From positions 64,001 to 128,000 of the forward strand of contig CAWCMR010000025.1 in assembly GCA_963796685.1 (NCBI GenBank): a stretch of 64,000 nucleotides of DNA, written 5' to 3'. Origin of the DNA: an uncultured delta proteobacterium. Lineage in GTDB: Bacteria > Myxococcota_A > Polyangia > Fen-1088. A program made the translations under genes and the position numbers. The notes beneath the pieces were generated by a model, which was given only the letters and a program-made list of their open reading frames with translations, was not told the DNA's origin and searched no databases. Positions 19,094 through 29,961 of the stretch are shown piece by piece; within the stretch, counting starts at the first letter, position 1; every line of letters begins with the position of its first letter.

Positions 19094-22000
19094 CTAGGGC
19101 GCGCTCCAATAGTAGCCCCAGCACTTCATCAGTCCACCGGGCGTCAGTCCGCAGCTGTGGAGCGCGGCAGCGCTAACGATATCGAAGGAGCCCGCGGGCG
19201 GGGTGGCCTGGCCATAGTTGTTGTAGCCCCAGCAGGCGACGGTGCCATTGCTCTTGACACCGCAGGTGCCGTAGTCGCCTGCCGAAATCGAGACGAAGGT
19301 GCCGGCCGGTGGGCTCGATTGCTGGTAGGTGTTGTCGCCCCAGCACGCCACCATCCCGTCCCCCTTGATGCCGCAAGTGTGGGCAGCACCGGCCGCGACC
19401 ATGGAGAAGGTTCCCCCCGGAGCGTTGATCTGACCGCTGCTGCTTTGTCCCCAGCACGCCACCGAGCCATCTGTCTTCACCGCGCACGTGTGGCTTCCGC
19501 CCGCGCTGACCGAAGCAAAATTCCCGCTCGGCACGGCGTTCTCTCCGCTCGAGGCCGCACCCCAGCAGACCAAGCTGCCATCCGATGCAATCGCACAATT
19601 GTGGTTGGCGCCCGCGCTCAGCGAGGCAAAGATTCCGGAAGGGGTTCCGGCGATGGAGGAAGCCCTGCCCCAACAGGCCACGGTGCCGTCCGTCTTCAGG
19701 CCGCAAGAGTGGCTCGAGCCGGAATAGACCGAGACAAATGTTCCCGCAGGCGGCGCACACTCTCCGTTCGCAGACGTACCCCAGCATAGGACGCTGCCGT
19801 CGTACTTGACCGCACAGGTGTGGGTGGCACCCGCGCCCACGCTCCGATAGCTACTCTGACGTGGGCTCGACTGCCCATAGGTATTGTCGCCCCAGCAGAT
19901 CGCCGTGTTGTCGCTTCTCAAAGCGCACGTGTTGTAGCCGCCTGGGGCGACCCAATTGAAAGTGCCGGAAGGAGCAGCAGTCTGGCCGTAGGTGTTTTGC
20001 CCCCAGCACAGCAGGGTGCCGTCGCTCTTCAGGCCGCAGGAGTGGTATCCCCCCGACGCAAGGCTCGCGAAGGTTCCGCCGGGAGCTATCTGCTGCCCGT
20101 ACTGGCTGCTGACCGTGGCGCCCCAGCATGCGGCGGTATGGTCCGTCTTGAGGCCGCAGGTGTGTACGATGCCACCCGCTACGGAGAGGAAGGCCGTGCT
20201 CGCCGGGACATTGGTCTGTCCGTTGGTATCCAGCCCCCAGCAGGTGGCGCTGCCGTCGCCCGTGATCGCGCAAGAGTGGTTGGCGCCAAGGCCAATCGCG
20301 GCGAATGCGCCGGCGGGCGCGGACGTCTGTCCGCTGCTGTTCGAGCCCCAGCACAGGACACCCCCGTCGGTTCGAAGCCCGCAGGCGTGGCTGTAGCCAC
20401 CGTCCACGACGATGAAGGTGCCGGCGGGCGGCGTGGATTGGCCGGTACCGTTTTGCCCCCAGCAACCCAGGGTTCCATCCGACTTGATGCCGCAGACGAA
20501 GTATTGCCCTGCCCCGACCGCCAGATAGGTGCTTACGGGTGGATTGCTCTCACCCGCCGTGTTCATTCCCCAGCAGACAATGCTGCCATTCGCTTTGAGA
20601 CCGCACGCGTGATTCGTGTCGGAGGAAAGGCTCCTGAAGATAGGTAGGCATTCGCCCTGTGACACCATCGAATACCCGGAGGCGCAGCCGCTCGCAATAC
20701 AAGTACCCGCACCGTCGTTGTGATACCCACTGGAACAGGTCCCCGTGGAGCGGCACACGCGATCGCCACCATCATGGAACCCGATGGCGCAATCCACACA
20801 GACCGTCGAGCTCTTGTCCGCGCTGCACACATAGCTACCTCGCACGCCACAGCTCGTGCCAGGCGCGCCCTCGAGCAGTCCGCAACCGCCACAGGCGTTT
20901 TGCCCAGGGTCGCTACACGTGACCGAGGTTCGTTCAGCGCTACACAAGTACGTTCCGCAGGCCCCACAAGCCGCCCCGGGAATATTGCCGAGTGCTCCGC
21001 AGCCACCGCAGGCGTTCTGCCCAGGATCGTTGCAGCTCACCGAGCTTTTACTCGAGCTGCAATCGTAGTGACCGCAGGTACCGCATCCGGCACCGGGCGC
21101 ATGCGCAAGTGCGCCGCAGCCGCCGCATGCATTGAGCCCCGGATCGTTGCAACTCACGGACGTTTTGTCCACGCTACATGCGTAGCTGCCGCACACGCCA
21201 CAGCCCGCATCCGGCGGATTGCCGAGAACGCCGCAGCCGCCACACGCATTGACTCCCGGGTCGTTGCAGCTTACCGTCGTCTTGTCCGTACTGCACACGT
21301 AACCGCCACAGCTGCCACAACTGGTGCCAGGGGAGTGCCCAAGCAATCCGCACCCTCCACATGCGTTCAAGCCAGAATCGCTGCATAGGACCGATGTTCG
21401 GTCCGCGCTGCACGCATATCGGCCACAAGCGCCGCACGTTGCGTCCGGCGCTCCACTGCAGCTCAGCGCAGCCACCGCAGGCGTTGTAGCCGGGGTCGAA
21501 ACAGGTCACCGAGCTCTTGTCGACGGAACAAGCGTAGGCACCACACGAGCCACAGCTTGAACCCGGCGAGTGTCCGAGACTACCACAGCCGCCACAAGCG
21601 TTGATGTCGGCATCGGCGCAATCCAGCACCGGGATGGTCAGCTGCTGCGTAGCGCGGCCACCGTTGGCCGGACCGTCGGGATAGTTCACGTCGGTAACAA
21701 CGACCGTGAACGAGCACGCGGTCCCCGAGGATGCGGGAGAGAGCGTGAACGCCGTAAAGGCGCTGGTCGGATCGGTAAACGTCCCCAGGCAGTCGCTCGA
21801 CCACGCATACAGCAGCACATCGCCCTGGGCTCCGACCGCGTTGACGGAGAGTTGGGTCGTCGCCGAGGTCGTCGTGAAATGCGCGCGATCCGCGCTCATC
21901 GCGGCGATGGCAGGACCCGGCGTCAGCAAGAACATGTCGTAGGTTGACTGACCGGTCGTCGAGCTCGTGACCGTGACGGTGATGACAACCGGGGCGCCGG

Positions 22001-23318
22001 AAGGCGGAAGAACCGACGAGGAAAATGTTGCCGCCGAAGTCCATTGGGATGGATCGAGGCCCAGCGCCGCAGGGCCGGTGATCGTGGGCGCAGGGCCGAA
22101 GGTAGTGGTCCACGCGTAGGACAGACTCCCGCCGGCCGGATCGGTTGCCGCCACGGCCATGCCAACCACTGTACCAGCCGCAAAGCCGGCTCGACTCTGA
22201 TAGTCCAGGGTAATGACCGGCGGCACCTTGACGACGATGGGCTGGATAGCCAGGATAAGATGATTCGTGGTCACACCACCCTTCGGCTGGCCATTGGGAA
22301 AATTGCCATCGGTGACAACGACAGCGAAGTCGCAGAAGGTCCCGGTGGCCAAGGCTTCAAGCGTAAAAGTGGTGGTCGACGCATTCGGCGCTGAAAAGGA
22401 TCCTGGGCACATCGTCAACCATGCGTACGTCAGCGGGTCGCCATCGACGTCCGTGGCGATGACGGACAGACTGGTCACCGCGCCCGGGACGAGCTGCGCG
22501 GGGTTCGCGGTCATGGCCGTGACGACTGGGTAGGTGTCGAGGTAGGCGGCAATCCCGGCGTTGCCGTTGGCATTGGCCGCCGCTACGGCGACGGCGAACG
22601 ATGCCGTGTTGCTCAGACCGCTTGGATCGGTCACGGTCAAGTTGATGTTGCAGGCGCCCTCCGAGCTCGGGGCCATGAAGAGCGCGTTCGACATCGAAGG
22701 CGTGGTATCGCTTCCGGCTGTGATGACGCTGTCGCTCACGATGCCGCACGTCGCACTCCAGGAGAAGAGCAGCTGGGCGGTCTGCCCTGCGTCGGGATCG
22801 TGGGCCACGGCCTTCAGTTGGACCAGATCGCCGTAGCCAACACGCAGCGAAGACGCCGAAACAGCGTCAATCCAGGGTGCCTCGTCCGAAATCGGAACCG
22901 CGGGTGCGGTCTGGTTCATGTCGATGACGATGTTTGCGGTGCTGTTCTTCCGGATGACCTGCCCGGTAACCGATCCGCGATAGATCTCGGCCGGCGGCGT
23001 GAGGTTGTCGAAGGCGGAGGCGGTAAAGGTATAGTCGACGCCAACCGGAATCTCGCTCGCCAGGGCCGAAAACTGCGTCCCGGTTCGAATCAGCGGGATC
23101 ACGAGTGGGGCAGCCAATTCGGCCGCCATCACGGTCACCTTGACCTGGGCAACGGCGCTCACTTGAAGGGCTTGCACCGTGACAAGCGCGGCGCCCGTCG
23201 CGTCCTTCGTCGCGACACGACCACAACCTACCATCAGGGTGAGCACGCCGGCAAGCGCGCCAACCCCCACGTTTCCTGCCCAACGAGGGGTATACCTTCG
23301 TCCCACGGTGTGTTCCAT
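19094..23318 (-). CDS. Large surface lipoprotein: Ig/PKD-like stalk, 7 Cys-rich repeats and 14 RCC1-like repeats (frameshift near 21459)
   Basis: Lipobox LMVGC. ORFs 21174..23363 and 19094..21475 join by deleting one base, which restores repeat 2 to exactly 39 aa. There are 14 CWG-containing RCC1-like units. Confidence 0.85.
20798..21602 (-). repeat. Seven coding tandem repeats of 117 bp / 39 aa
   Basis: Consensus NACGGCGxLxxxPGxxCGxCGxYxCSxDKxSVxCxDPGx. Confidence 0.9.
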
Positions 23319-23451
23319 TGTCAGTGACAGATGATGGCAAAACGCCGCAAGGAGGTATGTCACCTATTCGCAAAAGTCCGGTGACGAACGTCGTTTCACT
23401 CCCGTTTCAATTCGTTCACGCTTCCGTCCACACGACTCCGCAGCGCCAGGG

Positions 23452-24471
23452 TCAGGGCCCGACCTCGAAGTCGAACGCCGCGAAGTCGCTGCCGCCTCGG
23501 GCGTCGTGCAGCACCAACCACATGTGGACCAAGCCTGGTGCGTCAGGCTTCCAAGTATTTTCGGCGAAGGTCATGTCATTCTCGTTTTCGCCTCTTCCTG
23601 TGATGTCGTGTGTGAACCTGCCGCCCGTGGCGTACCACGAGACTCGCATCGACTCCCAGTGATACGCGAGCTGTTGGGTAACAACGTCAAGGGCTGGATA
23701 TCTTTCAACGGAATCCGCGGGCCAGTTGGCCGCGAGCGAAATGGGCTGCCCGCTACCGACCGGAATAGGAGCCCCCGCCACCGGGGTCGCGGGCACATCG
23801 ACCGGAGCGACGCCGGGGCTTTGCACCGTCAGCGACGCCAGTACCGGATTGTTGTTGAGCGTGTAGTCGCGGTTGTATTGCAAAACATCCGTGAGCTTTG
23901 CATTGGCCAAACCACACTGGACCCGCTGAAGCAGAAACGAAATGAGCGAATCGCCGGTGGACATGCCCGCTCGGCGCATATCTTCCGGAACCAACAGCTC
24001 GACCCGCAAAGGCTGGTAGTACCCACCCGTGACGTCGGGGTCGCGCGGACGGATGCTGGGTTGGCCATCCACTGCAGGCGGCGTGCTTGGGCCGAATAGC
24101 GCACACGCATTGGACGCAACAGGCGCGGAATAGGTGGTGGCGGAGGTACCAACCACGCCCGGCAGCAGAAACGGGTCGAGGCAATTGGAGCTGACCGCAT
24201 TGTTCTGGGTCGGCGGCTTGGGCTGGTCGCACATTACCCATAGTAACGGATCGGTGATGTCGGCGGACGGTCCAGGGACACGCCCGTTCGCATCCACGGC
24301 CAGAGCTTCGTAGGCAACCATGGTGCCCGCTGTTGGATCGACCTCCGCCGGTACTCCTTTCACATCCAAGATCGTTGGCCCGCTGACGAGCGAAATCGGC
24401 GGGCCGACTTCGGGTCGGCAAGCCAAGACCAGAACCAGAAGGGAGATCGCTGAGATGCTTATCGGCTTCAT
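23452..24471 (-). CDS. Lipoprotein translationally coupled to the TonB-dependent receptor (paralog of 56269..57222)
   Basis: Lipobox LVLAC; TGATG overlap; shared motifs RPRDPDxTGGYY, SWxxTGGxFxHDxTG, WLVLxDxRGG. Confidence 0.85.
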   Translation of the reverse strand: MKPISISAISLLVLVLACRPEVGPPISLVSGPTILDVKGVPAEVDPTAGTMVAYEALAVDANGRVPGPSADITDPLLWVMCDQPKPPTQNNAVSSNCLDPFLLPGVVGTSATTYSAPVASNACALFGPSTPPAVDGQPSIRPRDPDVTGGYYQPLRVELLVPEDMRRAGMSTGDSLISFLLQRVQCGLANAKLTDVLQYNRDYTLNNNPVLASLTVQSPGVAPVDVPATPVAGAPIPVGSGQPISLAANWPADSVERYPALDVVTQQLAYHWESMRVSWYATGGRFTHDITGRGENENDMTFAENTWKPDAPGLVHMWLVLHDARGGSDFAAFDFEVGP

Positions 24472-27134
24472 CAGAACTCCATACGCGCTCCCACGACGGC
24501 CAAGATCGGAAGGCCCGTGATATAGCTCTTCTGCGAGAAATCTGCGCTGTAGATGATTTCTTCCGGATTCTTGCGATTGGTCACGTTTTGCACGTCGGCA
24601 AAAACGTTGAACTTCAACCGTCGGTACACGAAGGACTGCTCGACTCGCACGTCGAACGAGTAGAACGCCGGAAGGCGAATCGAGTTCTGGGCGCCGTAGA
24701 TGGGCTCGTACACTTGAGACGAGCTGTTGAAATAGGCACCGATGACGGGAGTCCGGGGCGCGCCGGTGGTGTAGCGGAAGCGCGCACCGGCCTGAAAGCC
24801 GTGCGTGATTTCATAACTGGCCAGGACCGCCAGGACGTGGGTTTGGTCGTAGTCGAAGAGCCGCCAGTCGCTGTCCGGACGGTCTTTGCGTTCGCTACGG
24901 ATGATCGAGTAGGTCACCCAGCCGAAGAAGCCCTTGGTCAGCTCCTGGCGCAGGAGCACCTGAGCGCCGTAGCTATAGCCAATTCCGGTCTGCAAGAGAG
25001 ACTGTCCAACGGGAGGCGAAGGCAGGCCGCTGCGGGCGACCAGGTCGTAGAGCCTCTTGTAGAAGCCAATGGTTTCGAGATTCAAGGTTCCGGTGAGCTT
25101 GTACGAGCCGCCCGCGCTGATGTGGACAGCCGTGGAGCTGGTCAGGTGCGGATTGCCGAACACCGGGCTCAAGTCCTCGACGGCGGGCGGTTGCCCGTAG
25201 ATGCCTGTTCCGGCCGTGAAGCTCAGCTTGTGCGTGGCCCGATAAGCGACCGAGAGCCTCGGATTGGGGATCCAAGCCAGGGGCCCGGGCAGGGGATTGC
25301 GAGGCAAGTCCGTGCGCCGGTAGCCGATGTCGGGCCTTTGGTAGCTGTGCGGGAGGTCCAAGCTGCCATCGATAAGGGTGGGCTCGAGGCGAAACCCGGG
25401 GATGAGCGTCCATCGTCCCAACGCGATCTCGGCGAACGCGTAGGGCGCGGCAGAAAGCATGTTGATCTTCCAACGATCGGCGGCCAGGTCGGTTCCGGGA
25501 GGCTGGCCGAATACCGTGATATCGCCCTCACGAGCCGGCAGCTCCAGCGACCCTACCCGTTCCGCCGTGCTGCTTCGCCCTTGGAAATCCATACCCAGGG
25601 AAAGAACCACTCCGCTGGCAACGCGTCTGCGATAGGACGCCCGCACGGCGTACTGCCAGGCATTCACGTTGAGAAGCAGGGGCGTACCCCCGAAGTCCCA
25701 AGCACTGTTGTTGACATCATACCCGAATGAGGGCGTCAGGACGACGCTCGACCCGTCGGAAAACAGGCGCGTGTAGCGAACGATGAAGCGGCGGTAGCGT
25801 TGATCCGTGTTCTGGGTCTTCACTTCGAATGGATCGTCGGAGGGAACGACCCGGCTCAGATGATCGTCCGAGGCTAAAAACGTTGCGGACACCCGCTCGT
25901 CCTTGCCCAGCCTGAGCTCGGCTCGCGCCTGATAGTCATCGTAGCGGGGAATGGGAAAGAAATCGCCCACGTCACGCGACACAACGGTCTTGAGGGTCTT
26001 GTCGAGATAGCCGTACCGCCCGGAGACGGCAAGACTCAGCTTTGGCGTGATCGCTGCCTTGACCATGCCGGAGACATCGACCACGTCGCTGGCCACGTAG
26101 CCATGTACGCCTTCGCTCCCAGGATCTTGTAACTCGATGCGCACCAGGCCGCCCAAGCCACGGCCGTATTCGGCCCCGAACGATCCAGGCGACAGGTCGA
26201 TGGAGCGCACAAGGTCGGAATTGATGGTCGAGCGCATGCCGCCCACGTGGTACAGCATGGGGATCTCGACACCATCGACGTTTACCCGCGTGTCCTGCGG
26301 TGCCGATCCCCACACGATGAGCGCACCCGAGCCGAACGCCGAACGCCCGACACCGGGCAGGTTCTGCACGACCTTGAGGGTATCGCCTTGGGTGCCCGGG
26401 ACGCGCTTGGCCTCTTCCGTGCGCACCCGGGTCTCGACGACCTCCTTCTTGATGCGCGGGGCGCGCACCACGGCCTCCTCGTCCACGTCCTCCTCCTTGG
26501 GCTCGACCATGTACTTGACCGTCTTCTTCTTACCCTTGGTGATTTCTTCCTCGGTCTTGATGGTTATGAGCTCGCGCGACGAGAGCTCGATGGTGTGCAT
26601 GCCAGGTGCCACATCGGTGAAGGCGAAGGCGCCGTCCTTATCGGTGGTGGTTTCGACGTTCAAGTCGAGGATCTTCACCCTCACACCGCGCGCAGGCACC
26701 TTGCTGAAGCGGTCGGTCACCACGCCCTCGAAGTTGATCTGGGGGCCGAGCGAGACCATTACCTCCTTGACCACGAACTTGTAGGCGTAGTGAATCTTCA
26801 CCGGCACCGGCGTGCCATCGAGGGTTGCCGGCTCGAATTCGAACTGCTTGACCGCGGCGACGGCGGCGGCGTCGAAATCAGCCCCCGCCGACGAGACAAC
26901 CTCGACTCCGCCCACGTGCCCGGTTTCCTCCACGTCGATGGCCAGCACCACGCGGGCCTCCATGCCGGCTTTTTCCTTGTCCTTCGGGTAGACCGCCTCG
27001 ACGAACTTCTTCAGCTTGGGCGGCCGCAGCCCCTTGCCCACCTCGGGTCCCTCGCCAGAGGGTGGCTGGGCCTTCGCGGTCAGGGTCATCCCCGCCGCAA
27101 GGACCAACGTGGCGGCAACTGTAAGAAGGCGCAT
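24471..27134 (-). CDS. TonB-dependent receptor with N-terminal TonB_C-like and carboxypeptidase-regulatory-like domains
   Basis: Signal peptide; EAVYP...FDAAAVAAVKQFEFEPA; plug VPGTQGDTLKVVQNLPGV; barrel ending GARMEF. Confidence 0.92.
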   Translation of the reverse strand: MRLLTVAATLVLAAGMTLTAKAQPPSGEGPEVGKGLRPPKLKKFVEAVYPKDKEKAGMEARVVLAIDVEETGHVGGVEVVSSAGADFDAAAVAAVKQFEFEPATLDGTPVPVKIHYAYKFVVKEVMVSLGPQINFEGVVTDRFSKVPARGVRVKILDLNVETTTDKDGAFAFTDVAPGMHTIELSSRELITIKTEEEITKGKKKTVKYMVEPKEEDVDEEAVVRAPRIKKEVVETRVRTEEAKRVPGTQGDTLKVVQNLPGVGRSAFGSGALIVWGSAPQDTRVNVDGVEIPMLYHVGGMRSTINSDLVRSIDLSPGSFGAEYGRGLGGLVRIELQDPGSEGVHGYVASDVVDVSGMVKAAITPKLSLAVSGRYGYLDKTLKTVVSRDVGDFFPIPRYDDYQARAELRLGKDERVSATFLASDDHLSRVVPSDDPFEVKTQNTDQRYRRFIVRYTRLFSDGSSVVLTPSFGYDVNNSAWDFGGTPLLLNVNAWQYAVRASYRRRVASGVVLSLGMDFQGRSSTAERVGSLELPAREGDITVFGQPPGTDLAADRWKINMLSAAPYAFAEIALGRWTLIPGFRLEPTLIDGSLDLPHSYQRPDIGYRRTDLPRNPLPGPLAWIPNPRLSVAYRATHKLSFTAGTGIYGQPPAVEDLSPVFGNPHLTSSTAVHISAGGSYKLTGTLNLETIGFYKRLYDLVARSGLPSPPVGQSLLQTGIGYSYGAQVLLRQELTKGFFGWVTYSIIRSERKDRPDSDWRLFDYDQTHVLAVLASYEITHGFQAGARFRYTTGAPRTPVIGAYFNSSSQVYEPIYGAQNSIRLPAFYSFDVRVEQSFVYRRLKFNVFADVQNVTNRKNPEEIIYSADFSQKSYITGLPILAVVGARMEF

Positions 27135-27145
27135 CGTCTTTCGCT

Positions 27146-28066
27146 CTAGGGATAATCGAATTCGAGCACGGTGACGCCGGTGCCGGCCGCCTCGCCACTT
27201 CGCGTGGCAGCCTCGGTGAGAACGCCCGAGGACTCGCCCTTGCTCACGCCTGGAGTCGAGGCGTAGGCCCACCAACCCGCGGATGTCTGTCCGCACAGCG
27301 AGGCCGCGGCCACCCGAACGACGTAGTGTCCGACCGGCGGTGCCCCCTTCCAAATCACGTCTTCTTGATCGCGTCCGTCGATCTGGCAATTGGCGTTGGA
27401 ATCGAAATCCAATGTTCCGTCCGGTGTCTTGGGGTCGGCGCTGCGTGCCTTGCTCCAGACTTCGACAAAGCCGGCGGCGTTGTTGGCAGGAACGAGCACG
27501 TGCAGATCGAGATCCGTCGGCGTGTCCCATTGCAACGTGACGGCCAGCGTGCCGGTGATGGTCGAGGAATCGAGGAAGAGCGACTGAATCGTGGCTTCCC
27601 CGAAATTGCCGGCGTTGTCCACCCCACGAACCGAAAGCGGCAACGTCGTCGTTCCATCGGCGCTGACTTGCAGCAGGGGGCTGTTCCAGACGTCGCGCGA
27701 AATCGAAAGACCCAAAGCAAAGTTGAACGACTCGGGATCGTTTTGAACGGGATCCAGCGCGGGCACCTGCCAGTAAGCCACGTCTCCGGCAACGCCGAGT
27801 GCGACCGCGTTGGCGTTGGGACCGACGATACCCTTGATGGACTTGTTTGTGACCCCCGCGAAGATGATGGGGTTCCTGGGGAAGATGACGGCTGTTGCGG
27901 GGCTCGCATTGGAGGGATCGGCAATCGATCCGCGCATGGCTTGACCTCCCTCCACCCGGATGATCGAATTCACCCCGGACGACGTGTCAGGCGTCCAATT
28001 GCAGGCAGGTATCGCCATTGCGAACAGTGCGCCGAGCCCAAGCAGGCTGCGAGCGAAAGGCACCAT
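27146..28066 (-). CDS. Lipoprotein with YfaP/DUF2135-like C-terminal domain (paralog of 61833..62761)
   Basis: Lipobox AIPAC; LAVTLQWDTPTDLDLHV, GTLDFDSNANCQIDGRDQEDVIW. Confidence 0.75.
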   Translation of the reverse strand: MVPFARSLLGLGALFAMAIPACNWTPDTSSGVNSIIRVEGGQAMRGSIADPSNASPATAVIFPRNPIIFAGVTNKSIKGIVGPNANAVALGVAGDVAYWQVPALDPVQNDPESFNFALGLSISRDVWNSPLLQVSADGTTTLPLSVRGVDNAGNFGEATIQSLFLDSSTITGTLAVTLQWDTPTDLDLHVLVPANNAAGFVEVWSKARSADPKTPDGTLDFDSNANCQIDGRDQEDVIWKGAPPVGHYVVRVAAASLCGQTSAGWWAYASTPGVSKGESSGVLTEAATRSGEAAGTGVTVLEFDYP

Positions 28067-29640
28067 CAAAAGCTCACCTCCCCGCGAACAAGAACAGCAT
28101 CGTCGGCCAGGTTGGCCGGCATGCCGGTTACGTCCAGGCCCAAATGATTGCGATTGTGGTCGTATTCGACGAGGAATCTTCCCCATGGCGCCACGCAGGC
28201 GGCAACCACGGCAAGCGTGGAATAGCTGGCATTGGTGGGAACGGGACTGCCCTTCGCGTTCTTGTTGGCGTCCTGGTCGGGATTGTAATAGTCGTAGCGC
28301 ACGCCCAACCGCCAACGGCCGTACTCCTGGATGAGAGAGACATAGTATCCCAATTCGCGAAAGTCCCGGCCCGCGATGCCAGTGGGGTCGGCGGGCAGAA
28401 TGGCGCGGTCGAGGTCGTTGGCCAGATAGAATTCGGCGGCAAGGCTAGTCCTGAGCAAGGCGGAGATGCGCATCAATACAGCGAAATCCGCTCCGAAAGC
28501 CACACGCGTGAAATTCGAGGACGGTGACGCGGCCAGGCCCGGGCTTCCCGTGATCTCGCCGGGGGCGACGATCCCGTTTTCGTCCGCATCGTTCCACTGC
28601 AAGGTGGGCTTGTTGGAAAGCGCGCCGGAATGAAAGCCCGTGCCACGCAGGCCGGAGATCCCCCCCGTAACGTCGAGGTTGGTGATGGACTGTTCCACCC
28701 CCACGCGACCCAAGATGTCCTTTTGATGGTTGGGATCGACCCCGCCGAAGCTGCTGCCATCGATGGGCTGTCCGTTCATCACGCCGACGGCGTAGCGGAT
28801 GAATTGCCAGCCACCGGAAACCCGCGCTCCCAGATCGAATTCGCCGGGGAACAGCGCGCGGGCCGCCGTGCTGCGCTCCATGAAGAGGCGATAGCGATCG
28901 TCCTGGGGTACTTCCTGGCCGAACGGAATTCTGAACATGCCGATGGTTCCTCGAACCACCGGCCGGACCGTGTCGCTGCTTCCTGGCCATTTGACCGAGG
29001 CCTCCGCGTCGAGCATTCGGAATGCCGGTCCATTGACGGTGTTGCCGTCGATCTCGATCCGACCCTCTCCAAAATGACGCTCCATCGTCACGCCCAGACG
29101 CGCTCGACGGATCAAGAACTGGTCCTGATTCAGCGACTGCCCACTCGCGCCGAGCTGATCTTCCGACGATTGGCGCATTTGATAGTCGGCCTGCACGTAA
29201 CCGTAGAGGGACACCCCCGCGGTGCTAACGCCCACGGACGCGGGTGCGTTCCGTTCGCGCTCGTCCTCACGTACCGCGGCGTCTTGCAAGGCCTTCTGCA
29301 AGCGAAGCACCTCGGCCTGACGTTCGTTGCTGTCCGCCGCCAGGCGTTTGTCGGCCTCGTCCCGGACCGCCTCGATAGCGGCCGCATCTTCCTTGCGGAT
29401 GGCCTCCTCGCGTGTTTTGGCGGCGGCCTCTTGATCGGCCAGACGCTGCTCGAAGTCCGCCTTCACCTTCTCTATCTCGGCCATGGGATCGGGCGCGGGC
29501 TCGGCATCCTTGGCCCTTTTGTGGCCACCTTGTGCATACGCCGGACTCGCCAGTAGGCACCCGAACAGGGCTAGCGAGAGAGCCAGGCCTCTTCGAAGGC
29601 AGAGACCCTGCCCGAGCTTCACAGGAGTTGACTCCATCAC
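28066..29640 (-). CDS. Outer-membrane porin, OprO/OprP (phosphate-selective) family-like, with N-terminal coiled coil
   Basis: GYVQADY, FLIRRARL, GMFRIPFG.E, FMERS, DLGAR, NG..DPNHQKD..GR; C-terminal Phe. Confidence 0.75.
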   Translation of the reverse strand: MMESTPVKLGQGLCLRRGLALSLALFGCLLASPAYAQGGHKRAKDAEPAPDPMAEIEKVKADFEQRLADQEAAAKTREEAIRKEDAAAIEAVRDEADKRLAADSNERQAEVLRLQKALQDAAVREDERERNAPASVGVSTAGVSLYGYVQADYQMRQSSEDQLGASGQSLNQDQFLIRRARLGVTMERHFGEGRIEIDGNTVNGPAFRMLDAEASVKWPGSSDTVRPVVRGTIGMFRIPFGQEVPQDDRYRLFMERSTAARALFPGEFDLGARVSGGWQFIRYAVGVMNGQPIDGSSFGGVDPNHQKDILGRVGVEQSITNLDVTGGISGLRGTGFHSGALSNKPTLQWNDADENGIVAPGEITGSPGLAASPSSNFTRVAFGADFAVLMRISALLRTSLAAEFYLANDLDRAILPADPTGIAGRDFRELGYYVSLIQEYGRWRLGVRYDYYNPDQDANKNAKGSPVPTNASYSTLAVVAACVAPWGRFLVEYDHNRNHLGLDVTGMPANLADDAVLVRGEVSF

Positions 29641-29933
29641 GGTTTACAGGTCTGCCAGGAAGCGGGGTTCTGGCGCGCAACGACTGTTCCACCTCCCGGA
29701 GTTCCCGGAGGATTGATGATGCAGCCATTCACAGTCATCGCGTCCTCGTCGCAGCCAGCATCAGGCCCGGCTGGTGCAGTGTCGTAGAGGGTAGGAGCAG
29801 TATCGACCGGAGTGGTAACCGAAGTGTCGGGACGGTCGCCGATGTAAGCGTCCGTCTTGCCTCCACTGGTTCCCGACCCGCACCCGGCCAAGAGTAGGCC
29901 TCCAAGCAAGCCGCCAATCAATCGTCTGTGCAT
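29637..29933 (-). CDS. Small Cys-containing lipoprotein (paralog of 54905..55273)
   Basis: GGAGGAG RBS; lipobox LLAGC; CIINP motif. Confidence 0.75.
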   Translation of the reverse strand: MHRRLIGGLLGGLLLAGCGSGTSGGKTDAYIGDRPDTSVTTPVDTAPTLYDTAPAGPDAGCDEDAMTVNGCIINPPGTPGGGTVVARQNPASWQTCKP

Positions 29934-29961
29934 CTGGTTCTCCTCCTGCTCGCATGCCTGG

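Noticed and set aside
19094-21602. Regularly spaced repeats as a possible CRISPR array
   Set aside because: The repeats are degenerate, in-frame protein repeats with no unique spacers and no cas genes.
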